Of a stretch of DNA of 51,509 nt, positions 18,374-27,427 are shown one piece after another. The notes under the pieces were generated by a model. The model worked only from the letters and a program-made list of their open reading frames with translations. It was not told the DNA's origin and made no database searches. Numbering within the stretch: the first letter of the stretch is position 1; every line of letters begins with the position of its first letter. Source of the stretch: Planctomycetaceae bacterium. Lineage in GTDB: Bacteria; Planctomycetota; Planctomycetia; Pirellulales; UBA1268. The stretch covers positions 1 to 51,509 of the forward strand of contig JBJTRH010000041.1 of NCBI GenBank assembly GCA_046076065.1. Reading direction: 5' to 3'. Made by a program: the position numbers and the translations under genes.

Positions 18374-19387
18374 TCACGCCGGCCGGGCGAACACGAGCCG
18401 GCCGGCCGAGGTCTGGAGCGTGCTCGTGACGCTCGCCCGCACGGTGCTGCCGATCCGGTCGCGGCCGTTCTCCACCACCACCATCGTGCCGTCCTCGAGG
18501 TAGCCGACGCCCTGGTCCGGCTCCTCCCCCTGCTTCACCAGCCGCACGCTCAGGGCGTCGCCGGGCACGAACGTCGGCTTGAGCGCGACGGCCACGTCGT
18601 TGACGTTGATCGCGGGCACGGAGCGGACGCCGGCGAGCTTCGCGGCGCTGCCGTCGATCGTGATCACGCGGCCGCCGAGTTCGCGGGCCAGGTCGATCAC
18701 GCGGGTCTCGAGCGAGACGTCGTCGTGTGACTCCTCGCGCGGGGAGATGACGTCGATGTCGATCGCCTCGTTGGCCCGGAGCCGGGCCAGCACGTCGAGG
18801 CCGCGGCGGCCACGGGTCCGCCGCTGGCGATCGGCCGACTCCGCAGACGTCTGCAGGTCGTCGAGCACGAACGACGGCACCACGAAGCGGCTCTCGAAGA
18901 CGCCGGCCTCGGCGAGATCGGCGATCCTCCCGTCGACGATGGCGGTGGTGTCGAGCACGTTGGGCCGCAGTCCGCGGACGTCGCGGGCGAACTCGACGTA
19001 GGGCAGGATGAAGCGGAACTCGTCGCGGGTCTGCAGCAGGAGGCTGGTGCAGATGTAGCAGAGGATGCTGCCGAGGATCAGCGGCAGCCAGGTGCGGAAT
19101 GGACTGTCGGGGTCGACCGGCAGGATCGGCGTGAGCGCGAGCATCGAGACGTAGGTCAGGAAGGCGCCGATCACGAGGCCGAAGTAGACCGCCGTGATCA
19201 CCGTGAGGTCCTTGTGGCGGATCGAGGTGTCGATGCCGATCACCGCGAGCGTGAGCGCCACCATGCCAGCGAGCACGGCCCACGGCTCCCAGGCCGACGA
19301 AGCCTGCGCCACCTGCGAGCGGAAGATGAGCACGGCGATGCCCACCGACACCATCACGAACAGCGCGCGGAGGACGAGCAGGGCCAT
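18374..19387 (-). CDS. membrane-anchored PIN + TRAM domain protein (YacL-like)
   Basis: 337 aa. N-terminal TM helices, a PIN-like VLDTTAIVDGRIADLAEAG...VPSFVLDDLQ segment, and a C-terminal TRAM-like GDALSVRLVKQGEEPDQGVGYLEDGTMVVVENG. Confidence 0.75.
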   Translation of the reverse strand: MALLVLRALFVMVSVGIAVLIFRSQVAQASSAWEPWAVLAGMVALTLAVIGIDTSIRHKDLTVITAVYFGLVIGAFLTYVSMLALTPILPVDPDSPFRTWLPLILGSILCYICTSLLLQTRDEFRFILPYVEFARDVRGLRPNVLDTTAIVDGRIADLAEAGVFESRFVVPSFVLDDLQTSAESADRQRRTRGRRGLDVLARLRANEAIDIDVISPREESHDDVSLETRVIDLARELGGRVITIDGSAAKLAGVRSVPAINVNDVAVALKPTFVPGDALSVRLVKQGEEPDQGVGYLEDGTMVVVENGRDRIGSTVRASVTSTLQTSAGRLVFARPA

Positions 19388-19468
19388 GGTCGAATCGCAC
19401 GACGAGGAGCGGACGGACGAGGCTCTGATTCTACCACCGCCGCCACCGCCGGCCCATCGGCGGCCGGC

Positions 19469-20626
19469 TCACCCCGCCGCGATCCGCCGGCGGTGATCGA
19501 CCTCGAGAAAGCGGTCGGTCATGCCCGCGATGTAGTCGGCCACGCTCCGCCGCAGGCCGCACGTCTCCGCCCGCTGCCGGAAGCCGGCCGGCAGCGCCTC
19601 CGGATGGGCGGCATACCACTCAAAGAGCTCCGTGAGCTTCTGCTGGGCGGGGATCCGCATGTCGAGCACCCGCGGGCTGCGGTAGACCCTCTCGAAGAGG
19701 AACCGCTCGAGCTCCCGCTTGCCGGCGGCGATGCCCGGGGCGTGGGCCACGATGCGGCGACCGGGCTGGCCCTCGCCGCCGCGGTAGACCTGCCGGACCC
19801 GGGCGGCGGAGTCGACGCCGAGGGCGTGGATCGCCGCTCGCGTTTCGTGAATCAGTTCCGCCACCTGGAAATCGACGAGCTCGTGGAGGATGGCCCGGCG
19901 GGCCTCGATGCCCGCGAGCGGGCCGTGCCGCTTGGCAACCCGGGCGGCCGCGTCGGCCACCAGCGGCAGCTCGCGGAGCTCGTCGAGCGTGACCAGGCCG
20001 AGCTCGATCGCGTCGTCGGCGTCGTGGGTGTCGTAGGCGATCGAGTCGGCGGCATCCACCACCTGCGCCTCGAGGACCGGTGCCGGCGCGGTGCCGTCCT
20101 TCTTCCGCGTCGCCTGGGCGTCGAGCACCTCCCGCGAGAGGTTGAGGCCGGGGAAGTTCGGGTAGCGGGTCTCGAGCAGCTCCATGATCCGCAGCGCCTG
20201 AGCGTTGTGGTTGAAGCCGCCGTCGTCGCGGAGGAGCTCGGCGAGCGTGTCTTCGCCGGCGTGGCCGAGCGGCGGGTGGCCGATGTCGTGGCCGAGGGCG
20301 AGCGTCTCGACGAGATCCTCGTTGAGGCACAGCGCCCGTGCGAGTGTGCGGGCGATGCTCGTCACCTCGAGCGTGTGCGTGAGCCGGCTGCGGTGGTAGT
20401 CGCCGTGGTAGCCGGTGAACACCTGCGTCTTGTGCGCCAGCCGGCGAAACGCCGCCGAGTGCACGATCCGGTCGCGGTCCCGCTGGTAGGGGCTGCGGAA
20501 CTGGTGCGGGGGCTCGGGATGCACGCGGCCCGCGGAGTCGACGGCGTGCATCGCCCAGGGGGCGAGGAGCAGGCTCTCGCGGGTTCGCCAGTCGGGCTGG
20601 CTCCAGCCGGGATCGTCGGCGGTCAT
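19469..20626 (-). CDS. deoxyguanosinetriphosphate triphosphohydrolase-like protein (HD domain)
   Basis: In-frame ATG at 20626 within track ORF 19469..21151. Motifs YQRDRDRIVHSAAFRRLAHKTQVF, HYHRSRLTHTLEV and GHDIGHPPLGH. Confidence 0.8.
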   Translation of the reverse strand: MTADDPGWSQPDWRTRESLLLAPWAMHAVDSAGRVHPEPPHQFRSPYQRDRDRIVHSAAFRRLAHKTQVFTGYHGDYHRSRLTHTLEVTSIARTLARALCLNEDLVETLALGHDIGHPPLGHAGEDTLAELLRDDGGFNHNAQALRIMELLETRYPNFPGLNLSREVLDAQATRKKDGTAPAPVLEAQVVDAADSIAYDTHDADDAIELGLVTLDELRELPLVADAAARVAKRHGPLAGIEARRAILHELVDFQVAELIHETRAAIHALGVDSAARVRQVYRGGEGQPGRRIVAHAPGIAAGKRELERFLFERVYRSPRVLDMRIPAQQKLTELFEWYAAHPEALPAGFRQRAETCGLRRSVADYIAGMTDRFLEVDHRRRIAAG

Positions 20627-21168
20627 GCCGCGTCCTCCGCGGCGGCGCGGGTGAGCTGCTCCCAGAGCGCGTCGAGCGACTGCGGCAGCACCCGCACGCC
20701 GGCGATCGCCGGCATGAAGTTGACGTCTCCCGGCCATCTCGGCACTACGTGCCAGTGGAGGTGGCCGGGCACGCCCGCGCCCGCCACCGCGCCGAGGTTC
20801 AGCCCCACGTTGAAGCCGTGCGCCTGCATCGCCCGCGTCATCCGCCCGCACCACGCCGCGATGCGCCGCTGCAGGTCGAGCAGCACGTCGTCGGCGAGGT
20901 CGCCGAGGCTCGCGTGATGGTCGAGCGGAGCCACGAGGAGGTGACCGTTGGAATAGGGATAGCGGTTGGTGATCACGAGCGACAGCGGTGTCCGCTCGAC
21001 CACGCCGAGGCCGCGAAAGCGGCATGGCTCGACGGCCGCCGCCCGGCAGAGGAAGCAGTCGTGGTCGGCGCCCGGCCGCCATGCAAGCTCGCCGGCCACG
21101 GGCTCCGCCACGGTGTCGCCCTGCACGTAGCCGAGTCGCCAGGGGGCCCACAAACGAGTCTGGTCCAT
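20623..21168 (-). CDS. HIT family protein (Ap4A phosphorylase-like branch)
   Basis: In-frame ATG at 21168 within track ORF 20623..21402. MDQTRLWAPWRLGYV and the histidine triad GHLHWHVVPRWPGDVNFMP. ATGA overlap with the downstream dGTPase-like gene. Confidence 0.8.
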   Translation of the reverse strand: MDQTRLWAPWRLGYVQGDTVAEPVAGELAWRPGADHDCFLCRAAAVEPCRFRGLGVVERTPLSLVITNRYPYSNGHLLVAPLDHHASLGDLADDVLLDLQRRIAAWCGRMTRAMQAHGFNVGLNLGAVAGAGVPGHLHWHVVPRWPGDVNFMPAIAGVRVLPQSLDALWEQLTRAAAEDAA

Positions 21169-21220
21169 GCGTGCGAGTCTACCTGCGAATCCGGCGTTCA
21201 GCGGAGGGCGGGGGTTCCCT

Positions 21221-22063
21221 ATGATTGCGGGCGTCGGGTGCGGATCGTGGATCCTCAGCGGCGCGGACCCGGTGGTCAGGCCAGGCGGCGAGGCGGTCGT
21301 GGAGTTCAAGGTCGCGATCGACGTGTTCTCGGGGCCGATGGACCTGCTGCTGTACCTCGTCAAGAAGCACGAGGTGGACGTCACCGAGGTGCCGATCGCC
21401 ACGATCGCCGCCGAGTTCGTCGCCTACCTCGACGTGCTCGAGAACCTGGCGATCGACCAGGTGGGCGAGTTCGTCGACCTGGCGAGCGTGCTGCTCGAGA
21501 TCAAGGCGCGGGCGCTGGTGCCACGGCCGGAGGAGACCGAGGAGCCGGTGGAACTCGTTCGCGAGGACCTCGTGCGGCGGCTCCTCGAATACAAGCAGTA
21601 TCGCGACGCCGCCACGATGCTCGAGGACCGCGCCCGCCAGTGGGAGCTGCGGTTCGCCCGCCAGGTGGCCGAGCAGCCCGCCGGACGGCCGGGACCCGCC
21701 GAGGTGGCGATCGCCGACGCCCATGCCTGGGATCTGGTGGGGGCCATGACCCGCGTGATGGCCAAGCGGGAGAAGCGGCGGCCCCGGCAGATCGTCCACG
21801 ACGACACGCCGATCGAGACGCACGCCGCCCGGATCGAGACGCTCGTGGCGGAGCAGGGGAGGGTGGCATTCACGAGCCTGTTCGATGACGATATGCCGCG
21901 ATCCCGGATCGTCGGCATCTTCCTGGCGGCGCTGGAGCTCGTGCGTCGGGGCAGGCTCTCGACCCGGCAGGAACAACTCTTCGACGAGATCTGGCTCGAG
22001 CCCGCCCCGCCACGATCGCCCGCCTCCTCCTCTTCCACCACCCCGCCGCCCGACGCCGCATGA
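21221..22063 (+). CDS. scpA: segregation and condensation protein A
   Basis: FKVAIDVFSGPMDLLLYLVKKHEVDVTEVPIATI is the canonical ScpA N-terminus. The start is uncertain: the ATG at 21221 was chosen, the ATG at 21167 would overlap the divergent HIT start, and in-frame GTGs lie downstream. Confidence 0.75.
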   Translation: MIAGVGCGSWILSGADPVVRPGGEAVVEFKVAIDVFSGPMDLLLYLVKKHEVDVTEVPIATIAAEFVAYLDVLENLAIDQVGEFVDLASVLLEIKARALVPRPEETEEPVELVREDLVRRLLEYKQYRDAATMLEDRARQWELRFARQVAEQPAGRPGPAEVAIADAHAWDLVGAMTRVMAKREKRRPRQIVHDDTPIETHAARIETLVAEQGRVAFTSLFDDDMPRSRIVGIFLAALELVRRGRLSTRQEQLFDEIWLEPAPPRSPASSSSTTPPPDAA

Positions 22064-22899
22064 TCGACAACGCCCCGTACCGCACCCTCGTCCACAAGGG
22101 ACTCACCATCGAGGGCTACTCGCGGGCGGCCGTGCAGAGCTGCTGGCGGATTCCCGAGCTCAAGCTCGGCTTCGACCTCGGCTCGCAGCCGTGGGGCTTC
22201 ATGGCCACGGCCACCTGGTTCGTGACCCACACGCATCTCGACCACATCGCGGCGCTGCCGGTGTACGTGGCCCGGCGGCGGATGATGAAGATGGAGCCGC
22301 CCACGATCTACCTCCCCGAGACCGCGATCGAGCCGATCGAGCGGCTGCTCAAGGCCGTCAGCCGGCTCGACCGGGGCCGGCTTCCGTGTCAGCTGCTGCC
22401 CGCGCGGCCGGGCGACGAGATCGAGCTCTCCCGGGAGCACGTCGTTACGGTCTCCTCGACCTGCCATACGATCCCGAGCGTTGGCTACGTGGTCTGGGAC
22501 CGCCGCCGCAAGCTCAAGCACGAGTACCAGGGTCTCCCGGGCGACAAGATCCGGGATCTCCGCCTCTCGGGTGTGGACGTGACGCACGAGATCCGCGCGC
22601 CGCTGGTGGCCTATCTCGGCGACAGCTCGCCGGAGGGCCTCGACCGCTGCCCGGCGATGTTCGAGGCCATGGTGCTGATCACGGAGCTCACGTTCGTGGC
22701 CCACTCGCATCGCAAGGAGAAGATCCACAAGTTCGGCCACATGCACCTCGACGACCTTCTGGCCCGTCGCGACAGGTTTCGCAACGAGATGGTGATCGCC
22801 ACGCACTTCTCGACGCGGTACACCGACGACCGCATCCGCCGGATCCTCGCCAAGAAGATTCCCGACATGCTCGACGGACGGCTGAACATCTGGCTGTGA
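22060..22899 (+). CDS. MBL-fold metallo-hydrolase (RNase Z/ElaC-like)
   Basis: 279 aa. Motif THTHLDHIAALP (HxHxDH). ATGA overlap with scpA. Confidence 0.75.
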   Translation: MIDNAPYRTLVHKGLTIEGYSRAAVQSCWRIPELKLGFDLGSQPWGFMATATWFVTHTHLDHIAALPVYVARRRMMKMEPPTIYLPETAIEPIERLLKAVSRLDRGRLPCQLLPARPGDEIELSREHVVTVSSTCHTIPSVGYVVWDRRRKLKHEYQGLPGDKIRDLRLSGVDVTHEIRAPLVAYLGDSSPEGLDRCPAMFEAMVLITELTFVAHSHRKEKIHKFGHMHLDDLLARRDRFRNEMVIATHFSTRYTDDRIRRILAKKIPDMLDGRLNIWL

Positions 22900-22950
22900 G
22901 CGGAGGCTGACGGCGGCGGGTGGCACCTGCCGGCCGCGAGGAGGACAGCA

Positions 22951-24324
22951 ATGGCACTGGGTAGCGCTCGCTCGAATCACACGGCGAGGGTGGCCGTCGG
23001 TGGGCCACGTGGACTCTGGTGTGCATGGGCCTGCTGGGCGGGCTTCGCCGGCTCGGTGTGGTCGGCCGAGGAGCTGCTCACGCCGGTCACCGAGGCGGTG
23101 GTACGGCATGCGACCGGTTCGCCCGACGGCTCCGCAGCGTTCACGTTTGTGCCGCAGGACTTTGCAGCGCCGACGAACGACCTGCCGGTGGGCGTGTTCG
23201 ACTCGGGGATCGGCGGCCTGACCGTGCTCGAAGCGATCCTCTCGCTCGACGCCTTCGACAACCGCACGCTCAAGCCCGGCGCCGATGGTCGCCCCGACTT
23301 TGCAGGCGAGCGGTTCGTCTACCTCGGTGACCAGGCGAACATGCCATATGGCAACTATCCGCGTGAGGGCAACGAAGCGTATCTCAAGGAGCTGATCCTC
23401 AAGGATGCGGTGTTTCTGCTGGGGCGACGCTTCTGGCCGGCGGCCGACGCACCGCGGCCGTCGCTGGAGAAGCCGCCGGTCAAGGCGATCGTGATCGGCT
23501 GCAACACCGCCACGGCCTACGGCCTCGCGGAGATTCGCGCTGCCATTCATGCGTGGGGCATTCCGGTGTTCGTGGTCGGCGTGGTGGAGGCGGGCGCGCG
23601 GGGGGTGCTCGAGTCGAAACGAGACCTTGTCGCCCGTGACGAGGCGATCGCCGTGCTCGCGACCATCGGCACCTGCAACAGTCGGGCGTACCCAAAGGCG
23701 ATCAACGCCACCTTCGGCCGGGCTGGCCGCCGGGTGCCAGAGGTCGTGCAGCGTGGATTCGCCGACCTTGCCGCGGCGATCGAGGGCGATCCCGCGGTCA
23801 CGGCCCGCACGAGCGTGGCGCAGGCGATCGCCGCCGACCTGCGGGCAATGATGGACGAGTATCGCGCCTCCGGCGGCACGCGGCCGGTGGGCAGCGTCGT
23901 GCTTGGCTGCACCCACTTTCCATTGGTGCGGGAACAGATCCTCGCCGAGCTCGGCCGGCTCCGGCAGGCCGACGTCGATGGCACGCGGCCGTTTGAGACC
24001 CTGATTGCCGAGGATGTCGACGTGATCGATCCGGCGGGCCTCACGGCACGGGAACTCTTTCGAACGCTGGCCCTCGAGCGGCTTCGGGCTCCAGACGCCG
24101 CGGACGGTGCGGCAGCAGGCCCGAACCTGTTTTTCATCTCGGTTCCACGGCCGCATCCCGGCGACGACGCCGCGTGGGCCAGCGCCAGGTTTGCGCGGTC
24201 TCCGGGGAAGCTCGACGTCGAAGACACCCGCGTCGTCCCGATGACGGTCGATCTCCTGCCGGAACCGAGCCTCAACCTGATTCGCTCGCGGCTGCCGACC
24301 GTGTGGCGCAGCCTCGGCCGCTGA
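22951..24324 (+). CDS. murI: glutamate racemase, long form with hydrophobic N-terminal and C-terminal extensions
   Basis: Motifs VGVFDSGIGGLTV, DQANMPYGN, IVIGCNTATA and VVLGCTHFPL (both catalytic Cys contexts present). At 457 aa it is much longer than canonical MurI. The N-terminus LWCAWACWAGFAGSVWSAEE looks signal-like. Alternative in-frame GTGs at 23098 and 23149 would remove it. Confidence 0.75.
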   Translation: MALGSARSNHTARVAVGGPRGLWCAWACWAGFAGSVWSAEELLTPVTEAVVRHATGSPDGSAAFTFVPQDFAAPTNDLPVGVFDSGIGGLTVLEAILSLDAFDNRTLKPGADGRPDFAGERFVYLGDQANMPYGNYPREGNEAYLKELILKDAVFLLGRRFWPAADAPRPSLEKPPVKAIVIGCNTATAYGLAEIRAAIHAWGIPVFVVGVVEAGARGVLESKRDLVARDEAIAVLATIGTCNSRAYPKAINATFGRAGRRVPEVVQRGFADLAAAIEGDPAVTARTSVAQAIAADLRAMMDEYRASGGTRPVGSVVLGCTHFPLVREQILAELGRLRQADVDGTRPFETLIAEDVDVIDPAGLTARELFRTLALERLRAPDAADGAAAGPNLFFISVPRPHPGDDAAWASARFARSPGKLDVEDTRVVPMTVDLLPEPSLNLIRSRLPTVWRSLGR

Positions 24325-24413
24325 TGCGGAGGTCGGTTCATCATGGGCCTCCCCGTTTGACTACGTGGAGAGGTTGCCCCAGACTAAGCGGCTTCCTTGT
24401 GGCAGGCACATGC

Positions 24414-26195
24414 ATGAGTGACACGACCCGCGTCGCGTCCATCAGGGCGACGGAGAAGGGCACCGTCCCGCGACGACCGCGGGTGAGGCCGCGACACCGT
24501 CCCCTCGCCATTCTGGCGGCAGTGGCTGCGGTGCTTGCGGTGTGTTCCATGGGACTGGCCGCCGATCCACCCGTGCCGAAGCCCGTCAGGGGCTACGCCG
24601 CCACGGTGCAGCCTCTGGCCACCCGCGCGGCCCTCGACGCCTTCGCCCGCGGGGGCAATGCCATCGATGCCGCGGTCGCTGCCGGGCTGACGCTCGGCGT
24701 CGTCGACGGGCACAACTCCGGCATCGGCGGCGGGTGCTTCATTCTGCTGCGGCTCGCCGACGGCAGGCTGGTGTGTCTGGATGGCCGCGAGACCGCCCCA
24801 GCGGCGGCGACCCGTGACATGTTCCTTCGCGACGGCCGCGCGGTCGACGCGCTGAGTCGCAACGGTGTTCTCGCCAGCGGCGTTCCCGGGGCGCTCGCGG
24901 CCTACGCGGTGGCGGTGGAGCGGTTCGGACGGCTCCCGCTGGCCGCCGCCCTCGAGGCCGGCATCCGCCATGCCGAGGACGGGTTTTCGATCGACGCCGT
25001 CTACGCCCGCAAACTGAAGGCCACAGCGGGCGATCTGGCGGCGTTTCCCGCCTCGCGGAGCGTGTTTCTCCAGGACGACGGCAGTCCGTGGCCGGAGGGG
25101 CATGTGCTCGTGCAGAAGGATCTCGCCGGCACGTATCGTGCGCTGGCCGCGGACGGTCCGGAGTGGTTCTATCGCGGCCCGTTCGCCGAGGCCACGGCCG
25201 CGTTGATGATGAGCGAAGGAGGTGTGCTCACCGCCGAGGATCTCCGCGACTACAAGCCGCTGGAGCGGAAGCCGCTGGTGTCCACCTATCGCCACTGGAC
25301 CATCGTCGGCTTTCCGCCGCCGAGCTCCGGCGGCATCCACGTCGCGCAGATGCTCAACGTGCTGTCGGGCGTCTCGGAGGACGACCTGAAACCCGGCACG
25401 GCCGGCTTCGTGCACCGCGTGGTCGAGACGATGAAGCTGGCGTTCGCCGACCGCGCCTACTGGCTCGGCGACCCGGCCTTTGTCGACGTGCCGACGGGGC
25501 TCGTGTCGATGGAGTATGCCCGCCAGCTCGCGGCGCGCATCGACCCCGAGCGGGCCACGCCCGTTGCCCGGCACGGCGAGCCTCCCGACTGGCAGAACGT
25601 GCACTTCGACAAGCACACCACCCATTTCGCGGCGGCCGACGAGGAAGGCAACTGGGTGAGCATCACCGCCACGATCAACACCGCCTTCGGGTCGAAGGTG
25701 GTGGTGCCCGGCACGGGCGTGCTGCTCAACAACGAGATGGACGACTTCACCGTGGCACCGGGCGTGCCCAACCACTTCGGGCTGGTGGGGGGCGAGTTCA
25801 ACGCCGTCGCCCCGGGCAAGCGGCCCCTGTCGAGCATGTCGCCCACGATCGTGCTTGACGCCACCGGTGAGCCGGTGATGAGTATCGGTGCGGCGGGTGG
25901 GCCGACGATCATCACACAGGTGCTCCTCGGGCTGATCCACTCGCTCGACCACGGCATGCCGCCCGGCGAGGCTCTCGCACAGCCGCGCTTCCATCACCAG
26001 TGGAGCCCCGACCGGGTGCGGCTCGAGGAGGCGGCCGGCGGGCAGCTGGCCGACGACCTTCGCTCCCGTGGGCACGAGGTGGCCGTGGAGAAGGCGTTCG
26101 GCGCCTGCCAGATCATTCGGCGGCCCCAGGGGGCGTCGTTCGAAGGCGCAAGCGATCCGCGGGTGCCGGGGCTGGCTGCGGGCAGCAGTCCGTAG
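24414..26195 (+). CDS. ggt: gamma-glutamyltransferase
   Basis: In-frame ATG at 24414 within track ORF 24174..26195. Signal/TM segment LAILAAVAAVLAVCSMGLA. Autoprocessing and nucleophile context HTTHFAAADEEGNWVSITATINTAFGSKVVVPGTGVLLNNEMDDF, plus PLSSMSPTIV. Confidence 0.9.
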   Translation: MSDTTRVASIRATEKGTVPRRPRVRPRHRPLAILAAVAAVLAVCSMGLAADPPVPKPVRGYAATVQPLATRAALDAFARGGNAIDAAVAAGLTLGVVDGHNSGIGGGCFILLRLADGRLVCLDGRETAPAAATRDMFLRDGRAVDALSRNGVLASGVPGALAAYAVAVERFGRLPLAAALEAGIRHAEDGFSIDAVYARKLKATAGDLAAFPASRSVFLQDDGSPWPEGHVLVQKDLAGTYRALAADGPEWFYRGPFAEATAALMMSEGGVLTAEDLRDYKPLERKPLVSTYRHWTIVGFPPPSSGGIHVAQMLNVLSGVSEDDLKPGTAGFVHRVVETMKLAFADRAYWLGDPAFVDVPTGLVSMEYARQLAARIDPERATPVARHGEPPDWQNVHFDKHTTHFAAADEEGNWVSITATINTAFGSKVVVPGTGVLLNNEMDDFTVAPGVPNHFGLVGGEFNAVAPGKRPLSSMSPTIVLDATGEPVMSIGAAGGPTIITQVLLGLIHSLDHGMPPGEALAQPRFHHQWSPDRVRLEEAAGGQLADDLRSRGHEVAVEKAFGACQIIRRPQGASFEGASDPRVPGLAAGSSP

Positions 26196-26203
26196 GAGGG
26201 TGC

Positions 26204-27427
26204 ATGGCGCTCCGCCGAACGCGATGGTCGGCCGTCTGCGTGATCGTGTCCGGGGTGTGCGGCGTCGCGACGGGGCCCGCGGTCGCCGACGACGCTCGGC
26301 CCGCGGTGGTCGTCGGCGACGAGGCGCTGCGGGTGCACGCCGAGACCTTCGTGTTCGACGGTCACAACGACCTGCCGTGGAAGCTGCGGACCACCGTCGG
26401 GGGCAGCCTCGATCGCGTCGACTTGGTGGCGGGAGTGCCCGCCTACGCCACCGACATTCCGCGGCTACGGCGGGGCAACGTCGGCGCGCAGATCTGGTCG
26501 GTCTATGCGCCGTCCGAGACGGCTCGGAAGGGCACGGCGCTGCAGACCACGATCGAGCAGATCGAACTCGTCCACGAGCTGATTCGCCGCCATCCCGAGA
26601 CGTTTGAACTGGCCCTCTCCGCGGACGACGTCGACCGCTGCCGTCAGTCGGGTCGGATCGCGTCGCTGATCGGGATCGAGGGAGGGCACTGCATCGAGGA
26701 CTCGCTGGCCAACCTGCGGCGGCTCCACGACCTCGGAGCCCGTTCCATGGCGCTGACGCACGCCGACTCCGTCGGCTGGGCCGACGCGGCGACCGACGAG
26801 CCGCGGCACGGCGGGCTCACTCCGTTCGGCGAGGAGGTGATTCGCGAGATGAATCGGCTGGGCATGCTCGTGGATCTGTCCCACGTCTCGCCCGACACGA
26901 TGCGGCATGCGCTGCGGGTGACGACCGCCCCGGTGATCTTTTCCCATTCCTCGGCGCGGGCGATCGCCGATCATCCCCGCAACGTGCCCGACGACGTGCT
27001 CACGCTCACCGCCGCGAATGGCGGCGTGGTGATGGTGACCTTCTACTCCGGCTTCGTGCATCCGGAGTCGGCACGGAAGCGGGCCGACATGTTCGACGTC
27101 AGTCGCCGGCTGCGGGCGGAGTTTCCCGACGAGGGCGACTACAAGGCGGCGAAGCGTCGCTGGGAGGCCGAGCATCCGATCGACCGGGGCTCGGTGCACG
27201 ACGTGGTCGACCACATCGACCACGTCGTGAAGGTCGCCGGCATCGACCACGTCGGCATCGGGTCCGACTTCGACGGGGTGACGCTGCTGCCGCGGCAGCT
27301 TGAAGACGTGTCGGCGTATCCCGCCATCACGCAGGAACTGCTCAATCGAGGCTACCGTCCGGATCAGGTCGACAGCATCATGAGCCGCAACGTGCTGCGG
27401 GTGTTACGGGCGGCCGGACAGCCGTGA
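26204..27427 (+). CDS. membrane dipeptidase (peptidase M19, renal dipeptidase family) with signal peptide
   Basis: In-frame ATG at 26204 within track ORF 26000..27427. Motifs FDGHNDLPWKLR, LIGIEGGH and VDLSHVS. Starts 8 nt after the ggt stop. Confidence 0.85.
   Translation: MALRRTRWSAVCVIVSGVCGVATGPAVADDARPAVVVGDEALRVHAETFVFDGHNDLPWKLRTTVGGSLDRVDLVAGVPAYATDIPRLRRGNVGAQIWSVYAPSETARKGTALQTTIEQIELVHELIRRHPETFELALSADDVDRCRQSGRIASLIGIEGGHCIEDSLANLRRLHDLGARSMALTHADSVGWADAATDEPRHGGLTPFGEEVIREMNRLGMLVDLSHVSPDTMRHALRVTTAPVIFSHSSARAIADHPRNVPDDVLTLTAANGGVVMVTFYSGFVHPESARKRADMFDVSRRLRAEFPDEGDYKAAKRRWEAEHPIDRGSVHDVVDHIDHVVKVAGIDHVGIGSDFDGVTLLPRQLEDVSAYPAITQELLNRGYRPDQVDSIMSRNVLRVLRAAGQP

Noticed and set aside
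19469-20626. dGTPase-like gene as a dNTP-depletion antiphage defence system
   Set aside because: The context is core housekeeping (HIT, scpA, RNase Z-like, PIN-TRAM). There are no mobile-element or defence-island hallmarks nearby, and no evidence in the sequence for a defence role.
21424-24156. 910-aa minus-strand ORF spanning scpA, the MBL hydrolase and murI
   Set aside because: It crosses three independently supported plus-strand genes and two intergenic regions and has no domain signatures. It is a GC artefact.
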